Shown here in pieces: positions 10,087-20,795 of a stretch of 37,551 nt of DNA. The notes below the pieces were generated by a model. It did not search any database. It was not told the DNA's origin and worked only from the letters and a program-made list of their open reading frames with translations. Origin of the DNA: a virus. Taxonomy: Duplodnaviria; Caudoviricetes. The stretch covers positions 1-37,551 of the IMG/VR virus record IMGVR_UViG_3300037188_000016, one strand, 5' to 3'. The stretch's first letter is position 1; each line of letters starts with the position of its first letter. The position numbers and the translations under genes are program-made.

Positions 10087-10382
10087 TGTCCACTATCTTT
10101 ATAGACCGTATCGATGCTGCGCCTATTCTAAGTGATGATTTTGAGCCTCCATTTGCCACATGGCTTGCTGTTTTGGTCAACGTGATCAATGAAAATATGC
10201 TGGACATTCAGAATGCCTTTAATCTTTTAGAAGCACAGGGCTATACGGCTGCTGAAATCGCCTCCATGTTTTCTGCCGGAAATTTAGAAAACGGGATGAT
10301 ACTTTATGATACCGATAATGATGTTTATGTTGGGGTTCAGGCTGGCGCATTAGTCAAATTTACGACGACCTCATACCCATAA
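10086..10382 (+). CDS. small virion/tail protein
   Basis: 98 aa, translationally coupled; GMILYDTD motif. Confidence 0.6.
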   Translation: MSTIFIDRIDAAPILSDDFEPPFATWLAVLVNVINENMLDIQNAFNLLEAQGYTAAEIASMFSAGNLENGMILYDTDNDVYVGVQAGALVKFTTTSYP

Positions 10383-10391
10383 GGAGATGTT

Positions 10392-11048
10392 ATGAGCTGG
10401 CTATCAAGTTTCTTACACCCAGAAAAAAGCTATGACACGGCGCAGCAACAACTTGATCAATATTACAATCAAGGTCAGGGCTATTTAAACCCCTATAATC
10501 AAAATGGGCAAGATGCCTATGGCGGTTACAAAGGAGCTATGGACAAGCTTTTAAATCCTGCCGCTTTACAGGATGAATGGTCTAAAAATTACAAAGAAAG
10601 TGATTTGGCCAAGCAAAATGAAGCAATGGCTTCTCAACAAGGATTAAATGCTGCGCAACAAATGGGTTTAAGCGGCTCATCTCCTGCCATACAAGCTATT
10701 CAATCAGGAACCAGCGGAATTGTAGCCCAAGATCGTCAAAAATATCTTGATGATTTGATGCAAAAATACATGACTGGTATCGGAATCGGCCAAGATATTT
10801 ATGGAAAGGGAGCAAGTGCTGCTAACTCCATGAGCCAAAATGCCATGACACAAGGGCAAAATTCTGCACAAACTCAATTTAATAAGAAGAACGCTCAAGG
10901 TGATTTGTTTGGTAAACTCTTAGGAGGCGGGATTGGTTTAGTCGGCAGTGCTTTAGGTGGCCCAATTGGTGGGGCATTAGGAGCTGGACTGTCTCAGTCT
11001 ATGGGTTGGTCGCCAAAGGGTAGCTACAATCCTATGGGGAGTAGATAA
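10392..11048 (+). CDS. DNA ejection (pilot) protein, gp7-like
   Basis: Q/G/N-rich, LNPYNQNG motif, Gly-rich hydrophobic C-terminus; synteny. Confidence 0.7.
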   Translation: MSWLSSFLHPEKSYDTAQQQLDQYYNQGQGYLNPYNQNGQDAYGGYKGAMDKLLNPAALQDEWSKNYKESDLAKQNEAMASQQGLNAAQQMGLSGSSPAIQAIQSGTSGIVAQDRQKYLDDLMQKYMTGIGIGQDIYGKGASAANSMSQNAMTQGQNSAQTQFNKKNAQGDLFGKLLGGGIGLVGSALGGPIGGALGAGLSQSMGWSPKGSYNPMGSR

Positions 11049-12241
11049 TGGCCTTAAATATTCCTAACACTGATTTGCCAGGTGCAAGTTTTCTAAAAGG
11101 CATTGATACAGGCTCAACGATGTTTTCGCGCCTTATGCAACCTGTTTTAGAGCGGGAAAAGCAAAAACAACAAGCTGAACAGTTTGCGCAAGAACTCGCC
11201 TTGAAAAAACAACAAGAAGCTCGTATGGGTGCAAATTCTGGGTTGAATAGACAAATACTTGAACAAAACTTGCTTAAATTAAAGCATTCCAACGATCCAC
11301 AATGGGCTATGCAACAATTACAGGCCAAGCTCGATTATATTCAGAATTTGGGAAATCAAGGCGGTCAAGGTGGTAATCCTCAAGGGAGTCAAAATATGGG
11401 TGGTCAACAACAACCGCCTGTGAACTTGATGGATATGATTAATCCTGACCAAGGCCAAGAAATGCCTCAAGGTCAAGGGGCAATGATGCCTCAAGAGGAA
11501 CCGCAACAACAAATGATGCCTGATCAAATGCAGGGTCAAGAGCAACCTCAAGAGCCACAAGGTAATAATCAATTACCTGGTGGAATTGATATGGATGAAA
11601 TAAAGCGTGCTTTGACTTATCAGGCTTTAGGATTAAAAGTTCCTACTAATGGCATTTACAAAGAACCTCCTCAAATAAAAAGAATGAATGATTTGCGTTC
11701 TAAAATGGAAGAGGCCAAGTACAAACACGACCTTAAAATAGCTGAGACGCAGACTAAAGAAGATTTAAAAAATGAAGCGACAAAGCATAAAACGATTGAA
11801 GCCGCCAAAAATGACATTCCTCATTTGAAGGACACATTGCGTTCTTTACGAGTCATGAAAAAGATTGCTGATGATCCAAAAAACAGCGACATGTTTGGCC
11901 ATTGGTGGTTAGGACATGACAAAGCCGCGCAACGCATAAAAAATCCTAATGCTGGTACTTGGCAAGTTCATGGGCTTGCGCCTATTGTTGACGCTGAAAT
12001 GAAAATGTCATCAAAAGGCAATATTGTTGCGTTAAAAAGTGCTCAAGCCAATAAGCCAAACTTTGGTGAAGATCAATCCGTTGCGCAAAGTAAACTTAAA
12101 GCACAAATCGACCAAATCGAAAGACGCATTAAAGATACTGAGCAAATAGCAAATCAATCAGGTGGTACAGGAGAAGAAGTTAAGCATTTGAATGGGAAAA
12201 CCTATAAGAAAATAGGAGGAGAATGGCATGAAGTCTACTAA
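11048..12241 (+). CDS. DNA ejection protein, gp20-like
   Basis: Q/P/M-rich low-complexity centre with coiled coils; position in the ejection cluster. Confidence 0.6.
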   Translation: MALNIPNTDLPGASFLKGIDTGSTMFSRLMQPVLEREKQKQQAEQFAQELALKKQQEARMGANSGLNRQILEQNLLKLKHSNDPQWAMQQLQAKLDYIQNLGNQGGQGGNPQGSQNMGGQQQPPVNLMDMINPDQGQEMPQGQGAMMPQEEPQQQMMPDQMQGQEQPQEPQGNNQLPGGIDMDEIKRALTYQALGLKVPTNGIYKEPPQIKRMNDLRSKMEEAKYKHDLKIAETQTKEDLKNEATKHKTIEAAKNDIPHLKDTLRSLRVMKKIADDPKNSDMFGHWWLGHDKAAQRIKNPNAGTWQVHGLAPIVDAEMKMSSKGNIVALKSAQANKPNFGEDQSVAQSKLKAQIDQIERRIKDTEQIANQSGGTGEEVKHLNGKTYKKIGGEWHEVY

Positions 12242-14480
12242 AGTCACAGACCCAGCTATTCTTGCACAATTAAACGGTAGCTCTAAAAAAGTCACCGATC
12301 CATCTTTGCTTGCGCAATTAAATGCCGATGAGGACGAGGAAGAAATACCCTACACTCCTCCTCCTGAACGAAAGGGGCTAAGTGGTATCTGGGAAGATGT
12401 TAAAGACATTCCTGGTAAAGTCCTCGACTATGGATTAAATCTACCTGGTAAAGCTGTTGAATCATGGAAACAAATTGGAACTCAACCAGGCCGTGCGCTC
12501 AAGAATCTAATTGCCGGAGCCGGTGAAACGATAGAAGCCCCTGTAAACCTTTTAGGTGCGGTTGGGCCATATCTAAAAGAACGGGGAATTACCGACAAAA
12601 TACCTGGATTTCAAGTGCCTGATACGGGCATTGAAAAGGCTATGGGAATTGATGACCAGCAACCAGGTGATGATCTTATTCGACAAATGTTTATGTTTGC
12701 CGGAGTTCCAAAAGTATTAGGCAAAATTCCTGGTGTTAAAACTGTAGGAAATAAGATTAAAGCAATGGAAGAATATGCCCCATTGACCAGAAAAGCAGAA
12801 GAACTGGAAAATAAACATGGAGAGGCCAAAATCGAACATGCTGCGGCTACTGATGAATATAATGCCCTTAAAAATTATCTTGAAAGCCAGCCTGGGTTTG
12901 AATCAAGCAATCCTCATGCATTAGAAAGAAAAGCAGCGGAGTCCGAACAGAAACTAGCTCAATTGCGTCAGCAAACCGAAGCAGTACCCGAACATCTACG
13001 AGCTACAGAAGAGCCTACAGCACCCGAAAAAACCCCTTTATCGTTGGTGGAACCTGTACGGCCTGAACAAACCAATATTAATGAATTGCCTAAAACAGAA
13101 GTTAGTGATGAAGGATTGAAACAAGCTGAAAGTTTATTGAAGACAAACGAACAAAAATCAGCCGAACATGAAGCGGCTATTTCCCAGCATTTAGGTATGG
13201 GTAATGCCCATAGAAAACGTGTTGCTCAGAAATTAAATCCAATACTTGAGGCAAGACAAGCTGAAATCGGCAAAGGATATGATGAATACATCAATGGCCT
13301 GAAAGACAAACAGGTCACTTTAACTAATCCAAGGGAAGCAAAAGCCATTACACAAGACATTCATAAGCTTTTAAAGGAGGGTGATACCTCATCTAAAGAA
13401 ATGATTAAACTTACCGATGAACTGGCTAGCCTTGGAAAAGGCGAAACAATGCCTGCTGATAAATTCGTTTCAGCTTATCGAAGTTTGAGAGGAATGGCGC
13501 AAAAAACTCGTTCTAGTGCTTACGGAAAATCACCTCAAGAATTTGATAGGCTTATCGAAGCTGCTGATTCTATGGACGCTGACGTAGGAAAGATGGCAAA
13601 GATTATTGATAGCGGATTGGGAGAAGAAAACCTTGAACAATTGCATGGTTTAAACCATAGATATGCCACGGAAGTAGCCCCATTATTTAAAAATAAATTC
13701 TTCCAACACATGCAAGCCAATAACAAAGCACCTACAAATATGATAGAGCAGCTTACCAATGAGCCTTACATAAAGTCTACAAACCCTAACAAAGTTACGG
13801 GAACACAGATTTTAAATGAGATTATTAAAGGTGATCCGGAATTGCTGCAAAATGTAGTGGGCGAACGCTTTGCCCATAAACCAGAAGCATTGCATCAATG
13901 GGATGAGGCAGCTCACAATTTTACACAACACATGCCTGAATTGATGGAAATGCGTACCAAACACTTTGAATCTAAGCAAGCTGAGGCACAAGCTAAACAA
14001 GCTTTAGAGCAAGCAAAGCATGAACATCAATTGCAACGCGAAGAAGCAGCGGCTAAGGATAAAGAAGCCGTTGAAGCAGCCAAACTTAAAAATACAAAAG
14101 CACGGGAAGAGGCTGCTGCACAAACTCGAACCAAAAAAGCCGAAACTCATAAAGAGAATCAAACAAAGCAAAAAGAACATGAGCAAAAAGCCAAACATTA
14201 TAAAATGCAGCAAGAAATTAATGGGCTTGAAGAAAAATCGGTTAGGCTTAAAGATAGTGCGGCCAAACTACATGAAAAGGCTAATCGAAAAAATATATCG
14301 CTTAAGCAGAAAATGGACTTAGAACATGAATTGAAACAAACTAAAGAGAAGTTAGCCAAGATTGAAAAGGATATTAAGATTAAACATAGACTATATAAAA
14401 TTGCTCTCGGTACTGTTGTCGGAGGAGCAGTAGGAGTTCCTCTGGCTGGAAAAGCTAAAACCTTAATAGGTGGAAATTAA
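12228..14480 (+). CDS. large DNA ejection protein, gp16-like
   Basis: 750 aa, mostly helical; N-terminal KVTDPxxLAQLN repeated twice; hydrophobic C-terminal segment. Confidence 0.65.
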   Translation: MKSTKVTDPAILAQLNGSSKKVTDPSLLAQLNADEDEEEIPYTPPPERKGLSGIWEDVKDIPGKVLDYGLNLPGKAVESWKQIGTQPGRALKNLIAGAGETIEAPVNLLGAVGPYLKERGITDKIPGFQVPDTGIEKAMGIDDQQPGDDLIRQMFMFAGVPKVLGKIPGVKTVGNKIKAMEEYAPLTRKAEELENKHGEAKIEHAAATDEYNALKNYLESQPGFESSNPHALERKAAESEQKLAQLRQQTEAVPEHLRATEEPTAPEKTPLSLVEPVRPEQTNINELPKTEVSDEGLKQAESLLKTNEQKSAEHEAAISQHLGMGNAHRKRVAQKLNPILEARQAEIGKGYDEYINGLKDKQVTLTNPREAKAITQDIHKLLKEGDTSSKEMIKLTDELASLGKGETMPADKFVSAYRSLRGMAQKTRSSAYGKSPQEFDRLIEAADSMDADVGKMAKIIDSGLGEENLEQLHGLNHRYATEVAPLFKNKFFQHMQANNKAPTNMIEQLTNEPYIKSTNPNKVTGTQILNEIIKGDPELLQNVVGERFAHKPEALHQWDEAAHNFTQHMPELMEMRTKHFESKQAEAQAKQALEQAKHEHQLQREEAAAKDKEAVEAAKLKNTKAREEAAAQTRTKKAETHKENQTKQKEHEQKAKHYKMQQEINGLEEKSVRLKDSAAKLHEKANRKNISLKQKMDLEHELKQTKEKLAKIEKDIKIKHRLYKIALGTVVGGAVGVPLAGKAKTLIGGN

Positions 14481-14557
14481 TCTGATAATTTCCAAATGCA
14501 ATATCCACAAAAGATGCCGAAGCATATAGCAAAGACTAAAGTATCATCAATAATCAT
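14477..14557 (-). CDS. antisense small membrane peptide MIIDDTLVFAICFGIFCGYCIWKLSD (26 aa)
   Basis: Not in the ORF track. ATG at 14557 with AAGGGG RBS; promoter TTGTTT (14606-14601), 17 nt, TATACT (14583-14578); one hydrophobic helix. Confidence 0.6.
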   Translation of the reverse strand: MIIDDTLVFAICFGIFCGYCIWKLSD

Positions 14558-14624
14558 GGTACACCCCTTAAAATTGCAGTATAAGCGGGGATTGGACAAA
14601 AAACAAGCATATAAGGATATAATA

Positions 14625-16733
14625 ATGGCACTTGTCAGAGGAAGCAACCCAATATGGTTTGAAGTTGACTTAACAGCCCATGCGTTTGATGATACTTTTT
14701 ACATGTTCGTCTTAGATAACGAAATCCCTTATGGACCATTACCCACTTGGCAAGACCCATTTGGAAATGTTGTCTGGGATAATCCTATAAGGTTTCTGGC
14801 AAATGGCACACTTCCAAATAATATTTATTTTGATCCTGATACTGTCTATAGACTGGAATTTAGACAAGGGCCAACACAATCAGATCCACTTATATATTTG
14901 GTTGAAAATTACGTGCCTGGTTCTAGCGGTACTACTCCTATTAATGAGACTTCTTTCTCCACGGACAATCAAATAAGTAACCCGCAATTTGCTTTGGTTA
15001 ATTTCATAAGTCCTTTAACGCTAAACAGCATCAGCACTCAAGTTATTAATGTAGCACCTAATTGGTTCTTGCATTTAACGGGAACAGGAAACGTTACTTT
15101 AACGCAAGTTTTATTAAATAGCTCAGTGATTGACCCGACAAACGCTTCTTATGCTTTGCAAATTCAATTAAGTGGAAGCTGGACAAATGCTTATTTGAGC
15201 CAAAGATTTAATCAAAATGGTGTATTATGGTCAAATACCTATGTGTCTTCTACCATTACGGCTCTTTCTGGTAATGCGCCGCAAAGTATTTCTGCAACAT
15301 TAGTCGACTCACAAGGCCATACATTAACCGACGTATTAAACTCTACTCCATTAACAGCGGTATTTAATGCTTATCCAGGAATCGGACAAATATTATCTTC
15401 AAGCAATACCGATTTTCCTCCAAGTGCCTATATTGAATATCAACTGGCGTTGCCAAACAACTGCAATATTACAATAACGAGTGTTCAATTAATTTCTAGT
15501 GATATTAATTTTGAATATCCTTATGAGCAAACAACAATTGAACGCCAAATTGATCATCTTTATCACTATTATAATTTGCCTTTGCAGTTCAAGCCCATTC
15601 CAAGCTTTTTGGTAGGTTGGGATTTTGGGTTAAACCCAGCCCAATTGGGAGTGAGCTTTGCACCCTCTGCAAGTGCCAGTATTCCTACTTGGGATCAAAC
15701 CATATTATTTAGTTCGTTAGCGAGCAATTTATCAGTGACCAGAGCTTCCTCTGATGGACGAGGAGCATATCAAATAAGTTGCGCTAATGCTCCAACGCAG
15801 AGTGCTACCATCCAATATATTGATGTTCCAAAATTGTACGATATATTAACAAATGATTTATCGGTGAATGTCGAAGCATTTACTAATGGGGTAACTACTC
15901 TTGGCGCAAATATTTCTATTTGGGTAACGGCTAATGCTAATTTACCTTCTCTTGGCTCAGGGAATTCTTTAGTGACTACTCTTGATGCAAACGGACATCC
16001 AAGTGCAGTAGCCTCTGGATGGGTGGAAATTACGCGAGCAAATCTGAGCAATGCCAATTTCATCATTGGCCCATCTACAGGTCAAGAATTTAACAGTTAT
16101 TCTTTCAATGGATGGAATGCAGCCAATAACACAAGTTCCAATGCTTTGATTGATACGGCTCAATTTGCGGCGATTGTAGTTGGAACAGCGCCAATTGGTG
16201 TTGGAAATACCGTCTTATTTAATTCTATATCCTTGGTTCCAGGTAAAATTGCAACACGCCCAGCTCCTCAAGCGTATGACGAAGTTATTAGAGAATGTGA
16301 ACGTTATTATGAAAAAAGTTATGAAAATGCTGATGTCGCGGGAACTGTTCAAGGGCAAAATTCTTTGTTGTCTTTGCAAAATGGTACGATAAGTGGAGGC
16401 AACGTCGTCTTATTTACTTTGCCGTTTAATATAAATTGGAGAACAGTAAAGCGAACCACTCCAAGTGTTAATCTATTTTCACCCGATACAGGTTCCGGCG
16501 ATACCGTCAGAGGGCATGTTTGGACAAATGGTGTTGAACGAAATGTGGGTGATATTTCCTTGTCTGGAAACTGGACGCTTGGGGCAGTACCCACTGCTGT
16601 CGGAACAAAAAATATATACTTTGTTCCTAAAAATGGAACTTCATATATTGGAACTGCTTCGGTATCAACAACAAATCCGTTCGCATATGTAGCTTATCAT
16701 TATGTGGCCGATGCGAGGCTGGGATTAGTATAA
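14625..16733 (+). CDS. tail protein (tailspike/receptor-binding candidate)
   Basis: True start probably the ATG at 14625 (MALVRGSNP, AAGGA RBS); head-binding-like N-terminus, beta-rich body, ECERYYEKSY motif. Confidence 0.75.
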   Translation: MALVRGSNPIWFEVDLTAHAFDDTFYMFVLDNEIPYGPLPTWQDPFGNVVWDNPIRFLANGTLPNNIYFDPDTVYRLEFRQGPTQSDPLIYLVENYVPGSSGTTPINETSFSTDNQISNPQFALVNFISPLTLNSISTQVINVAPNWFLHLTGTGNVTLTQVLLNSSVIDPTNASYALQIQLSGSWTNAYLSQRFNQNGVLWSNTYVSSTITALSGNAPQSISATLVDSQGHTLTDVLNSTPLTAVFNAYPGIGQILSSSNTDFPPSAYIEYQLALPNNCNITITSVQLISSDINFEYPYEQTTIERQIDHLYHYYNLPLQFKPIPSFLVGWDFGLNPAQLGVSFAPSASASIPTWDQTILFSSLASNLSVTRASSDGRGAYQISCANAPTQSATIQYIDVPKLYDILTNDLSVNVEAFTNGVTTLGANISIWVTANANLPSLGSGNSLVTTLDANGHPSAVASGWVEITRANLSNANFIIGPSTGQEFNSYSFNGWNAANNTSSNALIDTAQFAAIVVGTAPIGVGNTVLFNSISLVPGKIATRPAPQAYDEVIRECERYYEKSYENADVAGTVQGQNSLLSLQNGTISGGNVVLFTLPFNINWRTVKRTTPSVNLFSPDTGSGDTVRGHVWTNGVERNVGDISLSGNWTLGAVPTAVGTKNIYFVPKNGTSYIGTASVSTTNPFAYVAYHYVADARLGLV

Positions 16734-16764
16734 ATTTGCAACTAATTATAGGGAGTATAAGAAG

Positions 16765-17100
16765 ATGACGATTCAATACAATGCTAACTACATCGAAACG
16801 ATGCCTTTTAGCGATACGGCTTTTCAAGTCGCTTGTACTGTAAATGCCGAACAAACAGCAAATATACCTGGTGATGATACAATGCAATATCAGGCATATT
16901 TTGAATATGCTTCTAATTCAAATGTGTTTATTTGTAAAAATGCCACGCCTGTTATTCCTGCTGGTGGAAGCGTCGGCTCTCAGCCTTACAATGAGTTTAA
17001 GCCTAAGAAGCGATATGTTCGAGGTGGTGACGTGTTACACTTTATTACATCAGATGCAACGGCTTATATCGGAGTTACATTAAGACAAATTCAAGGATAG
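16765..17100 (+). CDS. small virion-associated beta-rich protein
   Basis: 111 aa with GGGAG RBS, in the tail cluster. Confidence 0.6.
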   Translation: MTIQYNANYIETMPFSDTAFQVACTVNAEQTANIPGDDTMQYQAYFEYASNSNVFICKNATPVIPAGGSVGSQPYNEFKPKKRYVRGGDVLHFITSDATAYIGVTLRQIQG

Positions 17101-17127
17101 TACACTAACTAATCACAAGGATTCGTG

Positions 17128-19437
17128 ATGGTCGACACTATAAAATTCAGTCAAATGACGGCTGGCGGTGATTTAGCACCTGGCGAAAAGACACCTGGTT
17201 TATTAGGAGGAGCAAACGTTCTTTTTAATAATCCATGGACATTTTTAGCGCCAGGTTCAACTGCTGACAGACCCATACCTTCCGTAGACATTGATGGACG
17301 TTTACGATTCAACACTGATACATTGGTTTATGAATATTACGATACTATTTCATCAAGCTGGGTACAGTTATCAGGAAGTGGTACGGGTACAGTAAATCCA
17401 GGAGCAACGAATGATTTAGCGTTTTATGCTTCATCAGGCACAACTTTATCTCCTATACTTGCCGCCGCCAATTCAGTTTTGGTCACAAATTCCGGCTCAC
17501 TACCCTCGTTAAGTACAACACTTCCAAGTGGTTTAACAATTCCAGGTGCAACAATTACTGGATCAACAGCAGCATTAACGGCTGGTTCCGTAGTGGCTGC
17601 ACCGGTTGCTGGAACCGATTTAGTGAATAAAACTTATGCAGATGGCCTTTATACGGCATCGGTGCATTCGATCACTGGAACCACGAATCAGATTATTGCC
17701 TCTTCTCCTACCGGAGACGTGACGCTTTCATTGCCCCAAGATATTGCTACCGGAAGCAGTCCAACATTTTCTAATTTGCATCTTTCGGGATTATCGGCTC
17801 ATGGTGTATTAGTTGGTGAAGGTGCTTCTCCGTTAACCTCAATTGTCTTAGGTGCTGGCCAAGTATTAATCGGAACCACATCAGGTGATCCATCTGCTGC
17901 GGCCATTGGTTCAGGTCAAAATATTTTAGTTGCTAATTCCAGCGGGGCAATAACTATAAGTTTTACAGGTAATTTGCCTGTGACTAACTTAAATTCAGGA
18001 ACTAGCGCCAGTTCTTCCACGTTTTGGAGAGGCGATGGCACTTGGTCAACGCCAGCAGGAACAGGGGTTACGAGTGTTTCAGGCACGACGAACCGAATCA
18101 CTTCTACAGGTGGAACAACTCCTGTCATTGATATTTCAGCGTCCTATGTGGGTCAAAGTTCAATTACGACTTTGGGAACGATAACCAGCGGTGTTTGGAA
18201 CGGTACTGCTATTGATTTGGCGAGCTATGTAACAGGAAATTTGGCTGTATCTCATCTGAATTTTGGAACAAGCGCATCGTCATCGACCTTTTGGCGTGGT
18301 GATGGAACTTGGGCAACTCCTGCATCGACTGGAACAGTAAATAGTGGGTTAATTAATCAGCTTGCCTGGTATGCTGCAAGTGGAACAACTCTTTCAGGTT
18401 TAGCAACAGCGGCATCAGGGGTTTTAGTTACTTCCGCCGCTTCCGTGCCAAGCATCAGCACGACTTTGCCGAATGGCTTGGCAATGGGAACTCCTGCATC
18501 TTTGACGTTGACCAATGCTACTGGATTGCCTATCTCTGGAATTACAGGATTGGGAACCGGTGTGGCCACTGCATTAGCGGTTAATGTGGGTTCGGCTGGT
18601 GCATTTGTAACATTCAATGGAGCATTAGGAACACCAAGTTCAGGCACTTTAACGAATGCTACAGGTCTTCCTTTATCTACGGGTGTCACAGGGAATCTGC
18701 CTGTAACCAATTTAAATAGTGGAACATCGGCTAGTTCATCAACTTTCTGGCGTGGCGATGGTACTTGGGCGAGTGTTGCTTCTGGAAGCGGTGGATTAAA
18801 AAGTTTCCAAATATTTACTTCTGGAAGCTCTGCAACTTATACAAAACCTGGTGGCGTAACTTCTATTTTAGTTGAACTATGGGGCGGCGGAGGTGGTGGT
18901 GGTGGTGTTGCTGCAACTTCTGCTTCTCAAACAGCAGCCGGTGCTGGTGGTGGTGCAGGAGGTTATGCAAGAAAATATATTGCATCGGCTGCAAGTACTT
19001 ATACTTATACAGTGGGTGCAAGTGGTGCAGGCGGTGTTGCTGGAAATAACGTGGGAAGTACGGGTGGTACAACATCATTTAGTACGGTAAGTGCTACCGG
19101 TGGAACCGGTGGCGGAGGAAGTGCTGCAACGGCTACATCTGCGGTTGCACTGAATGGTTCAGGTGGTGGTGGTTCCGGTTCAGGCGGTGACGTTAACGGC
19201 GGTGGTGCAAACGGTGCATTTGGTGTTATTTTAACAGGTGGTGGTGCTACGCTATCAGGATTTGGGGGCTGTACTGCCAATGGCGGAGGCGGTAGTTATC
19301 TTGGTGGAACTGGAACAGGAAACGCTGCTGTAGCTAACACAGGTTCAGGTGGTGGTGGTGGTTTTGGTACAAATGCTGTAGCTCAAGCCGGTGGCGCTGG
19401 TGCTGCTGGATTAATCATTGTTTGGGAATTTGCATAA
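17128..19437 (+). CDS. tail fibre protein with internal repeats and a C-terminal glycine-rich domain
   Basis: S/T/G/A-rich. [25 protein letters not shown] occurs three times and LTNATGLP twice. C-terminus has [11 protein letters not shown]...[11 protein letters not shown]. Confidence 0.85.
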   Translation: MVDTIKFSQMTAGGDLAPGEKTPGLLGGANVLFNNPWTFLAPGSTADRPIPSVDIDGRLRFNTDTLVYEYYDTISSSWVQLSGSGTGTVNPGATNDLAFYASSGTTLSPILAAANSVLVTNSGSLPSLSTTLPSGLTIPGATITGSTAALTAGSVVAAPVAGTDLVNKTYADGLYTASVHSITGTTNQIIASSPTGDVTLSLPQDIATGSSPTFSNLHLSGLSAHGVLVGEGASPLTSIVLGAGQVLIGTTSGDPSAAAIGSGQNILVANSSGAITISFTGNLPVTNLNSGTSASSSTFWRGDGTWSTPAGTGVTSVSGTTNRITSTGGTTPVIDISASYVGQSSITTLGTITSGVWNGTAIDLASYVTGNLAVSHLNFGTSASSSTFWRGDGTWATPASTGTVNSGLINQLAWYAASGTTLSGLATAASGVLVTSAASVPSISTTLPNGLAMGTPASLTLTNATGLPISGITGLGTGVATALAVNVGSAGAFVTFNGALGTPSSGTLTNATGLPLSTGVTGNLPVTNLNSGTSASSSTFWRGDGTWASVASGSGGLKSFQIFTSGSSATYTKPGGVTSILVELWGGGGGGGGVAATSASQTAAGAGGGAGGYARKYIASAASTYTYTVGASGAGGVAGNNVGSTGGTTSFSTVSATGGTGGGGSAATATSAVALNGSGGGGSGSGGDVNGGGANGAFGVILTGGGATLSGFGGCTANGGGGSYLGGTGTGNAAVANTGSGGGGGFGTNAVAQAGGAGAAGLIIVWEFA

Positions 19438-19449
19438 AAGGATTTAAAC

Positions 19450-19707
19450 ATGTCAATTAATTTAATTCTGGGATCGGTAAGTTTTGAAGCAACAGTAAAA
19501 CCTGCTTGGGTTTCGGTCAATACCACAGACGATTTGGCAACATGTATGGCAACAGGATATTTAAACGGAACCGGCGAGACTTGGGGGATCGATTGGACTA
19601 AATTGCCTTTGGTGCTGATTAATCCTTCTGATACCACACCGGTTTGGTTAGCAGTACAAATTGATGCTGAATCTAATATCAATTTAGTTTCACTTTCACC
19701 GACTTGA
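19450..19707 (+). CDS. hypothetical virion-associated protein
   Basis: 85 aa with AAGGA RBS; resembles the N-terminus of the protein at 20815-21666. Confidence 0.6.
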   Translation: MSINLILGSVSFEATVKPAWVSVNTTDDLATCMATGYLNGTGETWGIDWTKLPLVLINPSDTTPVWLAVQIDAESNINLVSLSPT

Positions 19708-19753
19708 TGATATGTTAAGATAATTTTGATTTTTTTAATAGCAATGGAGAGAC

Positions 19754-19996
19754 ATGATGTCAGATGCACCGCAAATGAGTTTGTTAGACCAGTTAAAATT
19801 TCAACGCGCACAGTTTGCTGCCCAAAAAGATTTGGCACAAAATAATCTTAATCAATTAGTTGGTGCAATTTTTGCATGTGACGAAATGATTAAAAAGCAT
19901 GAAGAAGCCGAAGCGACAAAAGGATTGTCACAGGAAAATCTAGGAGATACTTCAAATGGCGAAACTGACAAGCAAGAGCAGGAACAAGCTGCCTAA
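19754..19996 (+). CDS. hypothetical coiled-coil protein
   Basis: 80 aa with GGAG RBS. Confidence 0.6.
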   Translation: MMSDAPQMSLLDQLKFQRAQFAAQKDLAQNNLNQLVGAIFACDEMIKKHEEAEATKGLSQENLGDTSNGETDKQEQEQAA

Positions 19997-20180
19997 AAGT
20001 GATTTTGGATTGCCTGGTGAAAAAAAATATCCGATGCCGGATAAAAGTCATGCCAGAAATGCAAAAAGTCGCGCGTCAGAAATGGAACATAAAGGGAAGC
20101 TGTCACCAGCTTCCAAATCCAGAATTGACGCAAAAGCCGATAGGATATTGGACAGCGGAAAAAGAGGGAGTAAAGCATAA
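19956..20180 (+). CDS. small basic phage protein (DUF6582-like)
   Basis: KLPKSDFGLPGEKKYPMPDKSHARNA motif; AGGAG RBS. Confidence 0.7.
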   Translation: MAKLTSKSRNKLPKSDFGLPGEKKYPMPDKSHARNAKSRASEMEHKGKLSPASKSRIDAKADRILDSGKRGSKA

Positions 20181-20449
20181 TGAATATTCTTTTAAGTGCA
20201 TTAATTAATCATTTCTTAAGTGTTGCCGAGCAAGAACTTATCAAAGACGAGCCTGAAATTGTACAAGCCATAGAGAATGAGCTTAAACTATTAGTATCAA
20301 AGATTGAAAATTTACTTTCAACCAAATCATCCAGTGTAGCAGCCGTTGTTAATCCAATATTAACAAGTGCTGAAACCGTGGCTGATAGCGCAATTAGTGC
20401 TGCGGGAAACGCTGCTGCTGGCGTACAAACTCCACAATCTTCAAATTAA
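20180..20449 (+). CDS. hypothetical protein
   Basis: 89 aa; TAATG coupling; GAGGGAG RBS. Confidence 0.6.
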   Translation: MNILLSALINHFLSVAEQELIKDEPEIVQAIENELKLLVSKIENLLSTKSSSVAAVVNPILTSAETVADSAISAAGNAAAGVQTPQSSN

Positions 20450-20459
20450 GGAAAATATC

Positions 20460-20576
20460 ATGGCTTCAAAAGAAAAGAAAATGGATAAAAAAGAAGATAA
20501 GAAGATGGATAAAAAAATGGATAAAAAAATGGAACGTAAGGGTGAGAAGAAAGGTAAAAAAGATTGCCGTTACTAG
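20460..20576 (+). CDS. 38-aa lysine-rich repeat peptide (MASKEKKMDKKEDKKMDKKMDKKMERKGEKKGKKDCRY)
   Basis: ATG at 20460 with AAGGA RBS; xDKK tandem repeats. Confidence 0.6.
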   Translation: MASKEKKMDKKEDKKMDKKMDKKMERKGEKKGKKDCRY

Positions 20577-20585
20577 GAGATAATC

Positions 20586-20795
20586 ATGGCTTATGATGAT
20601 GTTCCGCGCAAACCTATTGAAGTACGTGAGGGTAGGAAATAAGGATTTAAAGGACACGACCCTCTAATTAAAGAAGCTGGCGATACTGGTAAGTATGGAG
20701 TACGAACTGATGCCGCAGCCGAGGGCGTAGGATATTTGGGTGTAGATGATTTGGATAGGATAAGACGTAAAAATCTTAAGCATAAAACCAGATAA
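20586..20795 (+). pseudogene. 69-codon gene interrupted by one in-frame TAA at 20640-20642
   Basis: AGGAG RBS and ATG, 18 codons, TAA, then 50 more open codons in the same frame, ending just before the next RBS. Confidence 0.6.

Noticed and set aside
14496-14624. N-terminal extensions in the ORF track (also starts at 5826, 8281, 21791, 31017 and 34748)
   Set aside because: Downstream ATGs have better RBS or coupling, and the extensions overlap promoters or other genes.
17970-18770. Three repeats in the tail fibre as a possible diversity-generating retroelement TR/VR pair
   Set aside because: The repeats are in-frame protein motifs with mostly synonymous divergence, and no reverse transcriptase is present.
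1339-19838. Numerous minus-strand and alternate-frame ORFs within structural genes
   Set aside because: They are fully nested in strong genes, have no motifs, and are typical antisense shadows.
20640-20642. Genome-wide stop-codon reassignment
   Set aside because: TAA, TAG and TGA all terminate well-defined genes, and only one interruption was seen.
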